NCBI GenBank assembly: GCA_963981035.1
Contig: CAXCCF010000004.1
Coordinates: 1,891 to 65,890, forward strand
DNA from: an uncultured euryarchaeote
Lineage (GTDB): Archaea; Thermoplasmatota; Poseidoniia; Poseidoniales; Poseidoniaceae
Direction of reading: 5' to 3'
Length of the DNA: 64,000 bases
Shown in pieces: positions 28,283 through 38,394 of the stretch. The position numbers were made by a program, and so were the translations under genes. Under the pieces are notes generated by a model. It worked only from the letters and a program-made list of their open reading frames with translations. It did no database searches and was not told the DNA's origin. How positions within the stretch are numbered: position 1 is the stretch's first letter; every line of letters starts with the position of its first letter.

Positions 28283-29845
28283 ATGACAGACAAACAAAGC
28301 GAGGCTGTTGTCAATCTGCGCAGTATGCGCGAAAAGTCTCGCTTAGGCGGTGGTCTAAAGGCTCAAGAAGCAATACGAGTTTCTGGACGAGGCACAGCCA
28401 GAGATAGAATTAGTATGCTACTCGATGAAGGCTCTTTCATTGAAATTGATGCATTCGTAACACACCGTACTGCAGACCATGGCATGTTTATGCATCACAC
28501 TCTCGGAGACGGAGTTGTTGCTGGACATGGAACAATCAATGGCAGAAGAGTTTACTGTTTTTCACAGGACTTTAGTGTTCATGGAGGTAGCATGGGTGAA
28601 ATGCATGCTAAGAAAATTGCCAAAATTGTAGAAATGGCTGACAAAGCAAAAACCCCAATAATTGGTATGTGGGATGGAGGAGGACAAAGGGCCCAAGATG
28701 GAGTCAATGGCTTAGCAGGCACTGGCGAATTACTAGACCGCTTTGTACAATGCAGTGGACGTATTCCAATGATTAGTTTGGTATTAGGGCCGGTTGTCGG
28801 CGTATCTGCACTTGCTGCAAGTTTGGCAGATTTTACAATTTTAGGTGAAGAGCATGGCCAATTATTTCTCTCATCGCCAATTGAAACACCAGAGGTAATA
28901 TGCGGAGAAGTTGATGCTGCTGGACTGGGTGGAGCAAACCTTCACGCCTCCCGCTCTGGAATCGCTTGTCAAATCGCAAGTGATGAAGAAGATGCTTGTT
29001 TGTTGGCAACTGAGATTCTATCCTATCTTCCTGATAATTGTATGTCAGATGCTCCATATGAGGAAACTGCAGACCCTATTACAAGACTGAACACCAGTTT
29101 AGAAACTCTTGTTCCCGATAATCCAAACAAGCCTTATGATATGGTCAAGGTGATTGAAGAGGTTGTGGATGATGGGATTTTTGTTGAATTATTTGAGGCG
29201 TATGCAGATAATATTGTCATTGGTTTTTCTAGATTGAATGGGATGCCTGTTGGAGTTGTTGGCAATCAACCCAGAGTATTAGCAGGATGCTTGGATATTG
29301 ATGCTTCAATAAAAGCTGCACGTTTCATTCGAACTTGTGACGCCTTCAATATCCCACTGGTAACTTTTGAAGACGTACCTGGTTTCCTTCCGGGAGTAGT
29401 TCAAGAATGGGGCGGGATTATTAGACATGGGGCTAAATTGTTATTTGCGTATGCTGAAGCAACTGTTCCAAAACTTACTTTGATCACAAGAAAGGCCTAC
29501 GGCGGCGCTTATTTGGCAATGTCATGCAAGCATTTGCAAAGTGATTATAACGTTGCTTGGCCAACTGCAGAATTGGCAGTAATGGGGGCTGAAGGAGCAG
29601 TAAATGTCATCCACCGAAGAGAAATTGGGGCGGTTGATGAAGAACATAGAGAAGAAGTTCGCCTTCGCCTAGTATCCGAATACAAGAATAAATTTGGCGA
29701 CCCATATGTTGCTGCACGAAATGGTTGGTTAGATGATGTCATTGAGCCAGAGGAATCGAGACTGCGCTTATGCCGGGCTTTGAATGTCATCAAGTCTAAG
29801 CGTGAATGGTCGCCACCAAAGAAGCATGGAAATATCCCATTGTGA
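28283..29845 (+). CDS. pccB: Acyl-CoA carboxylase carboxyltransferase (beta) subunit, propionyl-CoA carboxylase / methylmalonyl-CoA carboxyltransferase 12S type
   Basis: 520 aa with two crotonase-like halves. Motifs GGSMGEMHAKKI, GGGQRAQDG, RKAYGGAYLAM. Confidence 0.85.
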   Translation: MTDKQSEAVVNLRSMREKSRLGGGLKAQEAIRVSGRGTARDRISMLLDEGSFIEIDAFVTHRTADHGMFMHHTLGDGVVAGHGTINGRRVYCFSQDFSVHGGSMGEMHAKKIAKIVEMADKAKTPIIGMWDGGGQRAQDGVNGLAGTGELLDRFVQCSGRIPMISLVLGPVVGVSALAASLADFTILGEEHGQLFLSSPIETPEVICGEVDAAGLGGANLHASRSGIACQIASDEEDACLLATEILSYLPDNCMSDAPYEETADPITRLNTSLETLVPDNPNKPYDMVKVIEEVVDDGIFVELFEAYADNIVIGFSRLNGMPVGVVGNQPRVLAGCLDIDASIKAARFIRTCDAFNIPLVTFEDVPGFLPGVVQEWGGIIRHGAKLLFAYAEATVPKLTLITRKAYGGAYLAMSCKHLQSDYNVAWPTAELAVMGAEGAVNVIHRREIGAVDEEHREEVRLRLVSEYKNKFGDPYVAARNGWLDDVIEPEESRLRLCRALNVIKSKREWSPPKKHGNIPL

Positions 29846-29848
29846 GAA

Positions 29849-32665
29849 TTAAATTTTCTTTTTTGCTCTTGCTAGAAGTCCTGTAGGCGCAGTTATTGAA
29901 TCAATTTCTGCATTACTATCTATTTCTTTTTTAGGTGCAGTTTGTTGTACTACTGTATCTTCTTGACGAAGTAATTGTGCATTGGAGTTAGAATTCTTAT
30001 TTAGGAATATCACAATCACCACAATTAGTAATATTCCTGTGAATCCAATTATCATCTCCTTTGAAATAGAATCATTTTCAATTGGTTCTGCTTCTTCAAT
30101 CGGTGGTTTTTGATTCATATTTAGTTCATATTCAACCCCCACTGTTTTATTTAATTCCAAGTCGGTGACACGAATTGTGATAGTAATATTCCCATCGTGC
30201 TGTTCTGGTAATACAAGCATTGCCACACATTTGTAAACATGAGGCGTCGCATCATAATTACAGGAAGAGGTGATATTTTGAGGGATATTCTCCAAAAAGA
30301 AATTTACATCTGATTGTAGAGTTTCATCCATATCAATTATGTCCCATTGAACTGTAGCAGCCGTTTTATCAATTAAATTCACATTACCAATTGCGATACT
30401 AGGCAAATCCGGTTGTGGGGCTATTGTCACATTTAATGTTGCAGAAAATTGACTAACTCCATCGCTGACATTCAGACTTTGAGAATTACAATTTCCGTAT
30501 TTATCTAATTTCAAGTTGACCATCAAATCATTACCTGCGATAACAAAACTGCATTTTGAAGATTCAACTCCTTCAATCTTCCATGACAAAAAATCATCAT
30601 CAACATCGTAAGCAAAATCACGTAAATCCAATACCATTGATTCATCTTCCGTAGCATTGATATTCCATTCGGTATTATTGGTCACCAAAAGATCATCAAC
30701 AGCTAGTACATTTATTGGGAGATCTAAGTTCAATGCTGTATTGTATCCATCTCCTACCAGCATATGTATCACCACTGCTCCATTTTGGTTTGGAAGCGGA
30801 GTTATTGTTACGAAACCATTTGCAATACTTACTGAAACGGGCCCTGATTGCGAAATATTATTGTTAGTAATAATCCCAGCAATTTCCTCACCTTCTGGGT
30901 CAAAAACATATTCTGATAAATTTAACACGATAGGTGCTGAATCTTCATTTATCTCTTGCAAAGGAATATTTTGAATAAAACTAACTGGGTCATCGACCGG
31001 CATTATTCGGAGTGTAATTTCAGTTGTTGTTTCATCAATAGTTTGGCCACCTGCCCTCAACTCAAGCCTCAGATTATTTAGGCCAGTCCATTCTTCATCG
31101 AGACTATGTGAGACAGTAAACCCTAGCCCATCCGAATCGATCTCAAATTGGAAATGTTGGGAATTGAGGCCAACAAGAGTTGCATTATCAAGAAATACAT
31201 TTTGACCATCTGGGTCATATGCAATCAATCCATTTTCAACATGAGTGCTTCCCCTTTGAGGAATGTCAATAATTGCTGGTGGAGTTAGCACAACCAATGG
31301 TGAATCGGTTCTAACTATGTCCAAAGATCTATGCGATGGAGCACCTTCAACATATACGCTAATCGTCAAACGATTCTGACCTGGTTGAACATCAGCCATT
31401 GGGAATAGACAAATTGCCACACCACTGCTGTCAATTTGTCCGACAGTGTCATTGTCAATTGAATTAATTCCACAAATCACCGTCACATTCCAATCACTTG
31501 GCAACTGTGAATAATTCAACCCATTACGTAATGTCCAATCCATTTTCAAATTCACTGTATCTTCTGGACCCATTGTTTGATTATTTGCTGGAACTGACCA
31601 AAACGCTCCCACTTTGAGCCAATTTGCAGAAGACAAATTTTCAACTACATACGAATCTGGATCAGATACAATACTTGATGATAAAGGCCTATTGAAGGCA
31701 TCACGGAAACGATTGTGTTCCGCTCTCAAGACAGCATCCAAATATGCAACAATATGGTTTGAACTCAATTCCAACTGTGCCTCTTGACTCATTGTAGCAT
31801 CACCATCATCGATTTCAAATATGGAAGTTGTATCTTGGAATTGGTAATGGTTTGCACCTAATAACTGCATCATCTGCCATGAAAAATCCTTGATTGAGTG
31901 AAGTCTGGTAATCGCATCCTGTGCAGGTGCAACTTCATCTGTAGTTCCAGTAATGAATAATCCCGTATTTGGTACAGGTGCCTGCCAATCCGTTGATGAG
32001 AATGTTCCAAATTGTTGATTCCAAGAAGAGAAATCTGCACCGACTGCAAATAATCCACTTGGCCCATGCGTTGTATTTCCACTATCACTTGCAAGCCAAT
32101 ATGGGTAGAGTGATGTTGCAGTCATCGCACCGACTCCATGACCTGCAAGAGCCCAGTGATTCACATCAACATTACCAAATCCCCCTAGGATAACTGAGTG
32201 AGAGTTATTTGTGTCCTCCACCAATTCAAGTGCTGCTTGAGCAATTTCAATTCCTTCGGATAGGTCATTTGAATTCTGCATTTCTTGAGTTACTAGCACG
32301 ATATAACCACGTTTTACGATTTCACTTGTTAATTCCATATAGCCATCTTTTGCTTCACCATCTGATCCAAAAAATAGAATCCAAGGGAACGGCCCATTTC
32401 CTGCCATTTCATCATCTTCCCCCCCATTCATTGCGGGGTAAATAATCTCAAATCCTTGTGAATTAGGACCAAAACCGATGTTAATATCGCTCCATCCTAT
32501 TGGAAAATCAATACCTTCGTGTTTTGGTTCAAAGTTATCATCTTCTGGCAACAATGATGCATTAACAAGTGGCAATAATGATGATGCCATCAATAGAATC
32601 AATACAAATATTGAAGATTTTGTGATTCCACTCATCATTGCCACTGTGTGGCAACTGGAAGCCAT
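29849..32665 (-). CDS. Secreted surface protein (938 aa): N-terminal alpha/beta-hydrolase-like domain lacking the nucleophile Ser, cadherin/Ig-like repeats, C-terminal TM anchor
   Basis: Signal SIFVLILLMASSLLPLVNA. Dienelactone-hydrolase/PETase-like layout (GPFPWILFF..., RGYIVLV, ALAGHGVGA). Repeats with VDDPVSF / AVDDLLV. TM IIGFTGILLIVVIVIFL. Confidence 0.7.
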   Translation of the reverse strand: MASSCHTVAMMSGITKSSIFVLILLMASSLLPLVNASLLPEDDNFEPKHEGIDFPIGWSDINIGFGPNSQGFEIIYPAMNGGEDDEMAGNGPFPWILFFGSDGEAKDGYMELTSEIVKRGYIVLVTQEMQNSNDLSEGIEIAQAALELVEDTNNSHSVILGGFGNVDVNHWALAGHGVGAMTATSLYPYWLASDSGNTTHGPSGLFAVGADFSSWNQQFGTFSSTDWQAPVPNTGLFITGTTDEVAPAQDAITRLHSIKDFSWQMMQLLGANHYQFQDTTSIFEIDDGDATMSQEAQLELSSNHIVAYLDAVLRAEHNRFRDAFNRPLSSSIVSDPDSYVVENLSSANWLKVGAFWSVPANNQTMGPEDTVNLKMDWTLRNGLNYSQLPSDWNVTVICGINSIDNDTVGQIDSSGVAICLFPMADVQPGQNRLTISVYVEGAPSHRSLDIVRTDSPLVVLTPPAIIDIPQRGSTHVENGLIAYDPDGQNVFLDNATLVGLNSQHFQFEIDSDGLGFTVSHSLDEEWTGLNNLRLELRAGGQTIDETTTEITLRIMPVDDPVSFIQNIPLQEINEDSAPIVLNLSEYVFDPEGEEIAGIITNNNISQSGPVSVSIANGFVTITPLPNQNGAVVIHMLVGDGYNTALNLDLPINVLAVDDLLVTNNTEWNINATEDESMVLDLRDFAYDVDDDFLSWKIEGVESSKCSFVIAGNDLMVNLKLDKYGNCNSQSLNVSDGVSQFSATLNVTIAPQPDLPSIAIGNVNLIDKTAATVQWDIIDMDETLQSDVNFFLENIPQNITSSCNYDATPHVYKCVAMLVLPEQHDGNITITIRVTDLELNKTVGVEYELNMNQKPPIEEAEPIENDSISKEMIIGFTGILLIVVIVIFLNKNSNSNAQLLRQEDTVVQQTAPKKEIDSNAEIDSITAPTGLLARAKKKI

Positions 32666-32682
32666 TGTTCTTTGATGCTTCG

Positions 32683-33741
32683 TTATTTTGCGTATCCTTC
32701 AATGACCGCTTCAGCATATGCCAGTTTGGTCATCAATAATCCAATAGATGGCAACATATCACCTAATTGTGGCGCCCAAAAATTAGACCAACATTCTAAA
32801 TGTTGAGCCACTAGTAACCAACGGCCATTGTATGGCTCTTTAGCCATGCTCTCAAGTCTTTGTCCAGCTGCCCCATACATTTGCGAATATGGCGCCTCAA
32901 GAACAATATCAGCAGCATCTTGAATAATTCTTGCATCTTCCATCCCATCCATTTCACCGCCATCAAAATTGATGAAAATATCTATTTTTCCTGAATAATC
33001 GTTACTATCAATCCAATCTCCAGCCGGTAGAGAACGACGACCTTCTAATGCAATTACTATCCCACCGCGATTGGCCCACTCAAAAGCAGTACTGCGAGCA
33101 GCCCCCCCTCCTCCGAGTATTGCTAAAACTGCTCCCTCTGCAACATCTATGCCCATATAATCAGCAACTGATACAACACCCAGGCCGTCAAATGTACCGC
33201 AAAACCATCCTTGGCCATCCCATCTAAGGCAATTCACTGATTGAATTTCCATTGAATTATCGATTGAATTTACCGCATTGCTAACCAGTGTATGTTTCAA
33301 TGGCGAAGTGAGATTTATCCAAACCTCTTCTCTCAATACAGTACTAGGTAGTTCTGAATCACTCATCAATTCCATTTTTTGCGATATCTCTTGAATTTGT
33401 AATTCTAAACTTTTTTTTGTCTTTGATTCAATTAATGGAGAACAATCTTGAACAAGTCTTGATGCTTCAACCGCCTTTTCTAATATCGCTGTTGTGCGGT
33501 ATTTACCAAATGGAGACCCAGTCCATTTCCATGCGAGTGAATCCGGCATCGTGCCTGCATAACCCCATGCAAGAGCATCTTCAATTGATTTTGTTTCAAC
33601 TAAATCTAACTTTTCTAGTTTGAAGTTTGATGCTAAGGAAGGCTTCATTGAAATGAGATGATCATGAACTATTGCCAACAATAATGGTGACAATGACTGT
33701 TCTACAGGAGAACCTGCAATCGCGTAACTTACCCCTGCCAC
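32683..33741 (-). CDS. aroE: Shikimate 5-dehydrogenase-like protein with an ~85-aa insertion
   Basis: GSPVEQSLSP (cf. GxPIxHSxSP), NLTSPLK (cf. NVTxPxK), GTFDGLG (cf. NTDGxG), Rossmann ILGGGGAARS. Confidence 0.6.
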   Translation of the reverse strand: MAGVSYAIAGSPVEQSLSPLLLAIVHDHLISMKPSLASNFKLEKLDLVETKSIEDALAWGYAGTMPDSLAWKWTGSPFGKYRTTAILEKAVEASRLVQDCSPLIESKTKKSLELQIQEISQKMELMSDSELPSTVLREEVWINLTSPLKHTLVSNAVNSIDNSMEIQSVNCLRWDGQGWFCGTFDGLGVVSVADYMGIDVAEGAVLAILGGGGAARSTAFEWANRGGIVIALEGRRSLPAGDWIDSNDYSGKIDIFINFDGGEMDGMEDARIIQDAADIVLEAPYSQMYGAAGQRLESMAKEPYNGRWLLVAQHLECWSNFWAPQLGDMLPSIGLLMTKLAYAEAVIEGYAK

Positions 33742-33835
33742 AAATATACATAGTGAAGGTAGTTATTGAATACTTGTCGCTTGCAATGTCAAAAAACGGG
33801 CGAGGATTCAATAATGAGTATACACAGGGCCACTT

Positions 33836-34210
33836 ATGGAAGATATCAAGTTCAAGGCAGAGAAATCTACTATCAATATGCTGACTGGTGCGCTTGGATT
33901 TTACATGACTGCTGCAATGTGGTTTGAGTTTAATGATGCCTTAGGAGATTATTTTGGTCCTAGTTTAGGAGTAATAATTGGTACTATAATATTTTTAATT
34001 TATCAATCCAACAAAAATGTTAAGGAGTTTTCTTTTGGAGGAAATTACAGCACATCAGAACGTACGGAAGTTGTTAGGCTTGAAGATGGAAGAATTCACC
34101 AAAAAGATGGTCATATTGAAGCGGGTAGAAATGCTGTTGGATATATTGCCATAATATACATCATTATTATTCTATTAAGTGAATTGACTTGGTCCAATTT
34201 ATTGATTTGA
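33836..34210 (+). CDS. Hypothetical small membrane protein (3 TM)
   Basis: Hydrophobic segments LTGALGFYMTAAMWF, LGVIIGTIIFLIY, VGYIAIIYIIIILL. First gene of a same-strand cluster ending in NfeD and flotillin. Confidence 0.45.
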   Translation: MEDIKFKAEKSTINMLTGALGFYMTAAMWFEFNDALGDYFGPSLGVIIGTIIFLIYQSNKNVKEFSFGGNYSTSERTEVVRLEDGRIHQKDGHIEAGRNAVGYIAIIYIIIILLSELTWSNLLI

Positions 34211-34219
34211 GGTAATAAG

Positions 34220-34474
34220 ATGTCTGGATTACTCGATGTTTTCATGATGAAAGAAAGAGTAAATGATGGTTCTAATCCCATATTGATCGTTTTGGAAAAG
34301 GCATCAATGCTGTTAACGTTATTTATTATTGGAACAATTGGTTATGGATTGAATTTACCCGAGTGGGGTATTGGGTTACTAGTTGGAGCAAGTTTAGGCC
34401 CTGTGGTTTATATCCACTACTATGTATTATACATTAGACCTCTCAAAAAGCGGGGCAACATTGATGGCAAATAA
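34220..34474 (+). CDS. Hypothetical small membrane protein (2 TM)
   Basis: GAGGT Shine-Dalgarno-like site upstream of the ATG, two hydrophobic helices, 9-nt gap from the previous ORF. Confidence 0.45.
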   Translation: MSGLLDVFMMKERVNDGSNPILIVLEKASMLLTLFIIGTIGYGLNLPEWGIGLLVGASLGPVVYIHYYVLYIRPLKKRGNIDGK

Positions 34475-34500
34475 CTAATCTCACAGTTTGAGGCGGAATT

Positions 34501-35136
34501 ATGAGTGGACTATTTTCTTCAATATTGGACTTTTTGGGCATCGGAGCAATTACTGGCGTAGATTTATTATTTGCTGGTTCTGCCATCGTGGGGACTATTT
34601 TGTTTGTAATTTATTTCCTTTTAGTACTGGTTGGCGGTGTTGCTGATGGAGCAATGGATGTAATGGGATTTGACGTTGACTTAGATGTCGGTGCTGAAGG
34701 AATATTCCATATGCTAACGATACAAGGATTACTTAGTTTCATGATGATGTTTGGGATTTTTGGATTGGGCGTTTCTATGTCCGACCCCGATATGTCTAGC
34801 ATTTACGCCATTCTTGCAGGAACAATCGCCGGTGTTTGTTCCATGTGGATTATTGGCAAAGTATTTCAAATGATGAAGAGTTTAGAAACCGATGGTACTG
34901 TGAAATATCATGAAGCAATTGGAGCGAAAGGTAAGGTGTATCAAACAATATTCCCTGGTGGCTCAGGTCAAATTCAAGTGGAATTCACCGGTGCCCTTCG
35001 AACAGTTTCTGCTGTTAGTCACGATGAAAATGAAAAAATTAACACTGGAAAATTCATCCAAGTTATCGACCACATAGGTGAGACCTTGATAGTAAAATCA
35101 ATATCAGTCAATCAACCTAGTGATTCTGAGGAATAA
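34501..35136 (+). CDS. NfeD/YqiJ-like membrane protein
   Basis: Three to four N-terminal TM helices plus a C-terminal OB-like beta domain (GKVYQTIFPGGSGQIQVEF...FIQVIDHIGETLIVKS). Sits directly upstream of a flotillin gene, as in bacterial yqiJK. Confidence 0.65.
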   Translation: MSGLFSSILDFLGIGAITGVDLLFAGSAIVGTILFVIYFLLVLVGGVADGAMDVMGFDVDLDVGAEGIFHMLTIQGLLSFMMMFGIFGLGVSMSDPDMSSIYAILAGTIAGVCSMWIIGKVFQMMKSLETDGTVKYHEAIGAKGKVYQTIFPGGSGQIQVEFTGALRTVSAVSHDENEKINTGKFIQVIDHIGETLIVKSISVNQPSDSEE

Positions 35137-35187
35137 GTCTCTTGAAAAGTCGGGTCAACACTCATAAAGGAGTGCTCCTATGGCTGT

Positions 35188-36585
35188 ATGAATACTATGG
35201 CAGGCGAAGTGTTGTTTTTATTGGGAATTGGATTATTTGTAGCAGTTGTAATGGGTACAATCTATGTTGCAACATCAAGGTATAAATTGGCACCATCAGA
35301 CAAGATTTTGGTTGTATATGGTAATGTAAAAACTGGTGGAGCGGCCGCCTGTTACCACGGTGGTGGACGTGTCGTTTGGCCTCTAATCCAGCATTATGCA
35401 TACTTAGATCTAAAACCAATGACAATTCTAATCAATCTTGAACATGCACTTTCGTCACAAAACATTCGTGTAACTGTGCCTTCGACTTTTACAATCGGTG
35501 TATCTACTGAACCATCGATTATGTCAAATGCTGCAGAGCGTCTGCTTGGATTAAACCAACCACAGATTGAAGACATGGCCAAGGAAATTATTTTTGGTCA
35601 ACTACGTCTTACAGTTGCATCTCTTTCAATTGAAGCAATCAATTCCGACAGAGAAGCTTTCCTACGAGATGTTTCATTGAACGTAGATACTGAACTGCAC
35701 AAGATTGGGCTTTACCTAATCAACGTTAACATCATTGATATTACTGATGAATCTGATTATATCAAATCCATCGGTGTTGCTGCTGCAACAGAGGCTATCG
35801 CTAAAGCGGATATCGCTCGTTCAAGCGCTGAGAGAGATGGACGTATCGGTGTATCTAATGCTGAGAAATCAATGCGAACTGAAGTTGCTAATAACGATGC
35901 AGAAGCTGAAAAGGGTGAGAAAACTGCTGAAGCAATGAAGCGTATTTACATCAACCAACAAGAAGCACTCGCAGTTGAAGGTGAAAACCTTTCAGCGGCA
36001 TCTATTGCACATCACAATGCCGATCTTGCTGAGAAAGAAGCAGAAGCACTTCAACGTGCAGAAGTTGCAAAGCGTATGGCACAAGTTAACATTCAGAAGG
36101 CTCAATATGAGATGGAAGGAGAAAGACTCCGTGCTGAAGAAATTGCTCGTGAAGAAATCGCTAAGCAACAAATCGAAATCGCAGCTTCCGCAGAGGCTAG
36201 CCGAGAACGCCTAATTGCACAAGGTCAAGCAGATGCTACCCTTGCACGATATAATGCAGAAGCGGCTGGACAACAAGCGGTATTAGAAGCAAAGGCTTCT
36301 GGATATGCACAATTAGTGAAGAGCGCTGGTGGCGATGCAAAGGCAGCAGCAACATTACTTATGGTTGAGAAGATTGAAACATTGGTTGCAAAGCAAACTG
36401 AGGCAATCTCCAACTTGAAGATTGACAAGATTACTGTTTGGGATTCAGGCAATGGCGGAGAATCCGGAGGTTCAACTGCGAACTTCATCTCCTCGCTAAT
36501 CAAGTCTCTACCACCTGTGCACGATGTTGCAGCAATGGCTGGTGTTGACCTTCCAGATTACCTTGGAAATGTTAAAGAAGAGTGA
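35188..36585 (+). CDS. Flotillin (SPFH/band-7 family, YqiK-like)
   Basis: N-terminal TM, an SPFH domain, then a long Ala/Glu-rich coiled coil (AEAEKGEKTAEA, AEALQRAEVAKRMAQ, AEAAGQQAVLEAKA). Confidence 0.85.
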   Translation: MNTMAGEVLFLLGIGLFVAVVMGTIYVATSRYKLAPSDKILVVYGNVKTGGAAACYHGGGRVVWPLIQHYAYLDLKPMTILINLEHALSSQNIRVTVPSTFTIGVSTEPSIMSNAAERLLGLNQPQIEDMAKEIIFGQLRLTVASLSIEAINSDREAFLRDVSLNVDTELHKIGLYLINVNIIDITDESDYIKSIGVAAATEAIAKADIARSSAERDGRIGVSNAEKSMRTEVANNDAEAEKGEKTAEAMKRIYINQQEALAVEGENLSAASIAHHNADLAEKEAEALQRAEVAKRMAQVNIQKAQYEMEGERLRAEEIAREEIAKQQIEIAASAEASRERLIAQGQADATLARYNAEAAGQQAVLEAKASGYAQLVKSAGGDAKAAATLLMVEKIETLVAKQTEAISNLKIDKITVWDSGNGGESGGSTANFISSLIKSLPPVHDVAAMAGVDLPDYLGNVKEE

Positions 36586-36674
36586 TTTGACTCATTTCAA
36601 AGACCCCTCAAATGGCTATTTCAGCCAGTAAATGAAGCGAGGGATTGAAAGGTAGTTGGGCGCGCATCCGACAT

Positions 36675-38390
36675 ATGGCTAGTGACTTAGATATTGCAAG
36701 AGCGGCGACTCTAGAGCCAATTGAAGCAATTGCTTGGAAATTAGGGATCTCATCTCACGAATTAACTCCAGTTGGAAATGGAATGGCAAAGATAACCTGG
36801 GATGCCATCAGTGAAAGGTTCGATCGTCCTCAAGGAAGCCTTGTTTTGGTTACATCAGTTAATCCAACCCCTTTTGGTGAAGGAAAAACAGTCACTACGA
36901 TTGGATTAACTCAAGCCCTCTGTGCTATTGGTTCAAAGGCAACTTGTGTAGTGCGCGAACCTTCAATGGGGCCTGTTTTCGGAATCAAGGGGGGTGCTGC
37001 TGGCGGTGGCAACTCTCAAGTCCTACCAATGGAAGACATCAATCTCCATTTTACGGGGGATATGCATGCAATAACATCTGCTCACAATCTATTGAGTGCG
37101 TTAATTGATAATCATCTAAAGTTTGGCAATGAGTGCAATCTTGATACTGAAAGAATTAGTTGGCCAAGAGTCATTGACATGAATGACCGTTCACTACGCC
37201 AAATTGTAGTAGGATTAGGTTCAGCGGCCAATGGAAATGTACGCCAAGACCGTTTTGATATTACCGCGGCGAGTGAAGTAATGGCAATATTGGTATTAGC
37301 AAGCGACTATGCAGACCTGCGCAGAAGACTTGGTGAAATTGTAATTGGTCCATCGAATGAAGGGAATCCTGTCAAAGCAGAAGAGATTGGTGCGGCGGGG
37401 GCCATGGCACTACTATTGAGAAATGCTTTTTTACCAAACCTTGTACAAACCTTAGAAGGAAATCCAGCATTTATTCATGGTGGACCTTTCGCAAATATTG
37501 CTCATGGTAATTCCAGTATTATTGCTGATAGAATCGCTTTGGGTGCTGCTGACATCGTGGTCACTGAAGCAGGATTTGGTTCTGACATGGGTGCTGAAAA
37601 ATTCATGCATATCAAGGCAGCTAATTCTGGCAAGGCCCCAGATTGTGTAGTGATGAATGTTACTATTCGTTCAATGAAATTACATGGTGGAGCATTTGGT
37701 GAAAAGGGTGGATATCGCCCTACTGCGGGAGAATTGGCAGCAGAGAATGTTGATGCTGTTATTGCTGGAGCTTCCGGTAATCTTGACCGGCACATTAGAA
37801 ATATGGCTGGCTTTGGTATGCCGGTTGTTGTTTCAATCAATCGCTTTTCAACAGATACTGATGCAGAACTTGCTGCACTAGAAGATGCTGCCAGAGCAAG
37901 TGGAGCAACTTCCGTACAACTCTGTGAAGTACACGCAAATGGTGGTGCAGGTGGCGAAGAACTTGCAAAGGCCGTAGTCTCTGCAGTTCACGACCATGTT
38001 GCTGCTGGAAGACCTTTTACTCCTCTATTTATGCCAAATGCAGGCATTAGAGAAAAGATTGCTTCCATCGCAACAAGAATCTACAAGGCTGAAGGTGTAA
38101 AAATAGACGCGAGTGCTGAAAAACAATTAGCATTAATAGAAAAGTGGGGATATGGTGAACTTCCAGTATGCATGGCAAAAACACAATATTCATTCTCACA
38201 CGATCCAAACCTCCTTGGCTCCCCTTCAGGTTTTACAGTCCCGATTAAGGAATTCCGTTTGAATGCAGGTGCAGGTTTTGTCGTTGCGATTTGTGGAAAT
38301 ATGATGACGATGCCAGGATTACCTAAGCGACCTGCTGCCCTCGACATGGACATGGATGAGAATGGCAACTTGATCGGCGTATTCGGGTGA
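36675..38390 (+). CDS. fhs: Formate--tetrahydrofolate ligase
   Basis: PTPFGEGKTVTTIGL and PSMGPVFGIKGGAAGGG motifs. Track start 36645 is TTG; ATG at 36675. Confidence 0.95.
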   Translation: MASDLDIARAATLEPIEAIAWKLGISSHELTPVGNGMAKITWDAISERFDRPQGSLVLVTSVNPTPFGEGKTVTTIGLTQALCAIGSKATCVVREPSMGPVFGIKGGAAGGGNSQVLPMEDINLHFTGDMHAITSAHNLLSALIDNHLKFGNECNLDTERISWPRVIDMNDRSLRQIVVGLGSAANGNVRQDRFDITAASEVMAILVLASDYADLRRRLGEIVIGPSNEGNPVKAEEIGAAGAMALLLRNAFLPNLVQTLEGNPAFIHGGPFANIAHGNSSIIADRIALGAADIVVTEAGFGSDMGAEKFMHIKAANSGKAPDCVVMNVTIRSMKLHGGAFGEKGGYRPTAGELAAENVDAVIAGASGNLDRHIRNMAGFGMPVVVSINRFSTDTDAELAALEDAARASGATSVQLCEVHANGGAGGEELAKAVVSAVHDHVAAGRPFTPLFMPNAGIREKIASIATRIYKAEGVKIDASAEKQLALIEKWGYGELPVCMAKTQYSFSHDPNLLGSPSGFTVPIKEFRLNAGAGFVVAICGNMMTMPGLPKRPAALDMDMDENGNLIGVFG

Positions 38391-38394
38391 AAAA

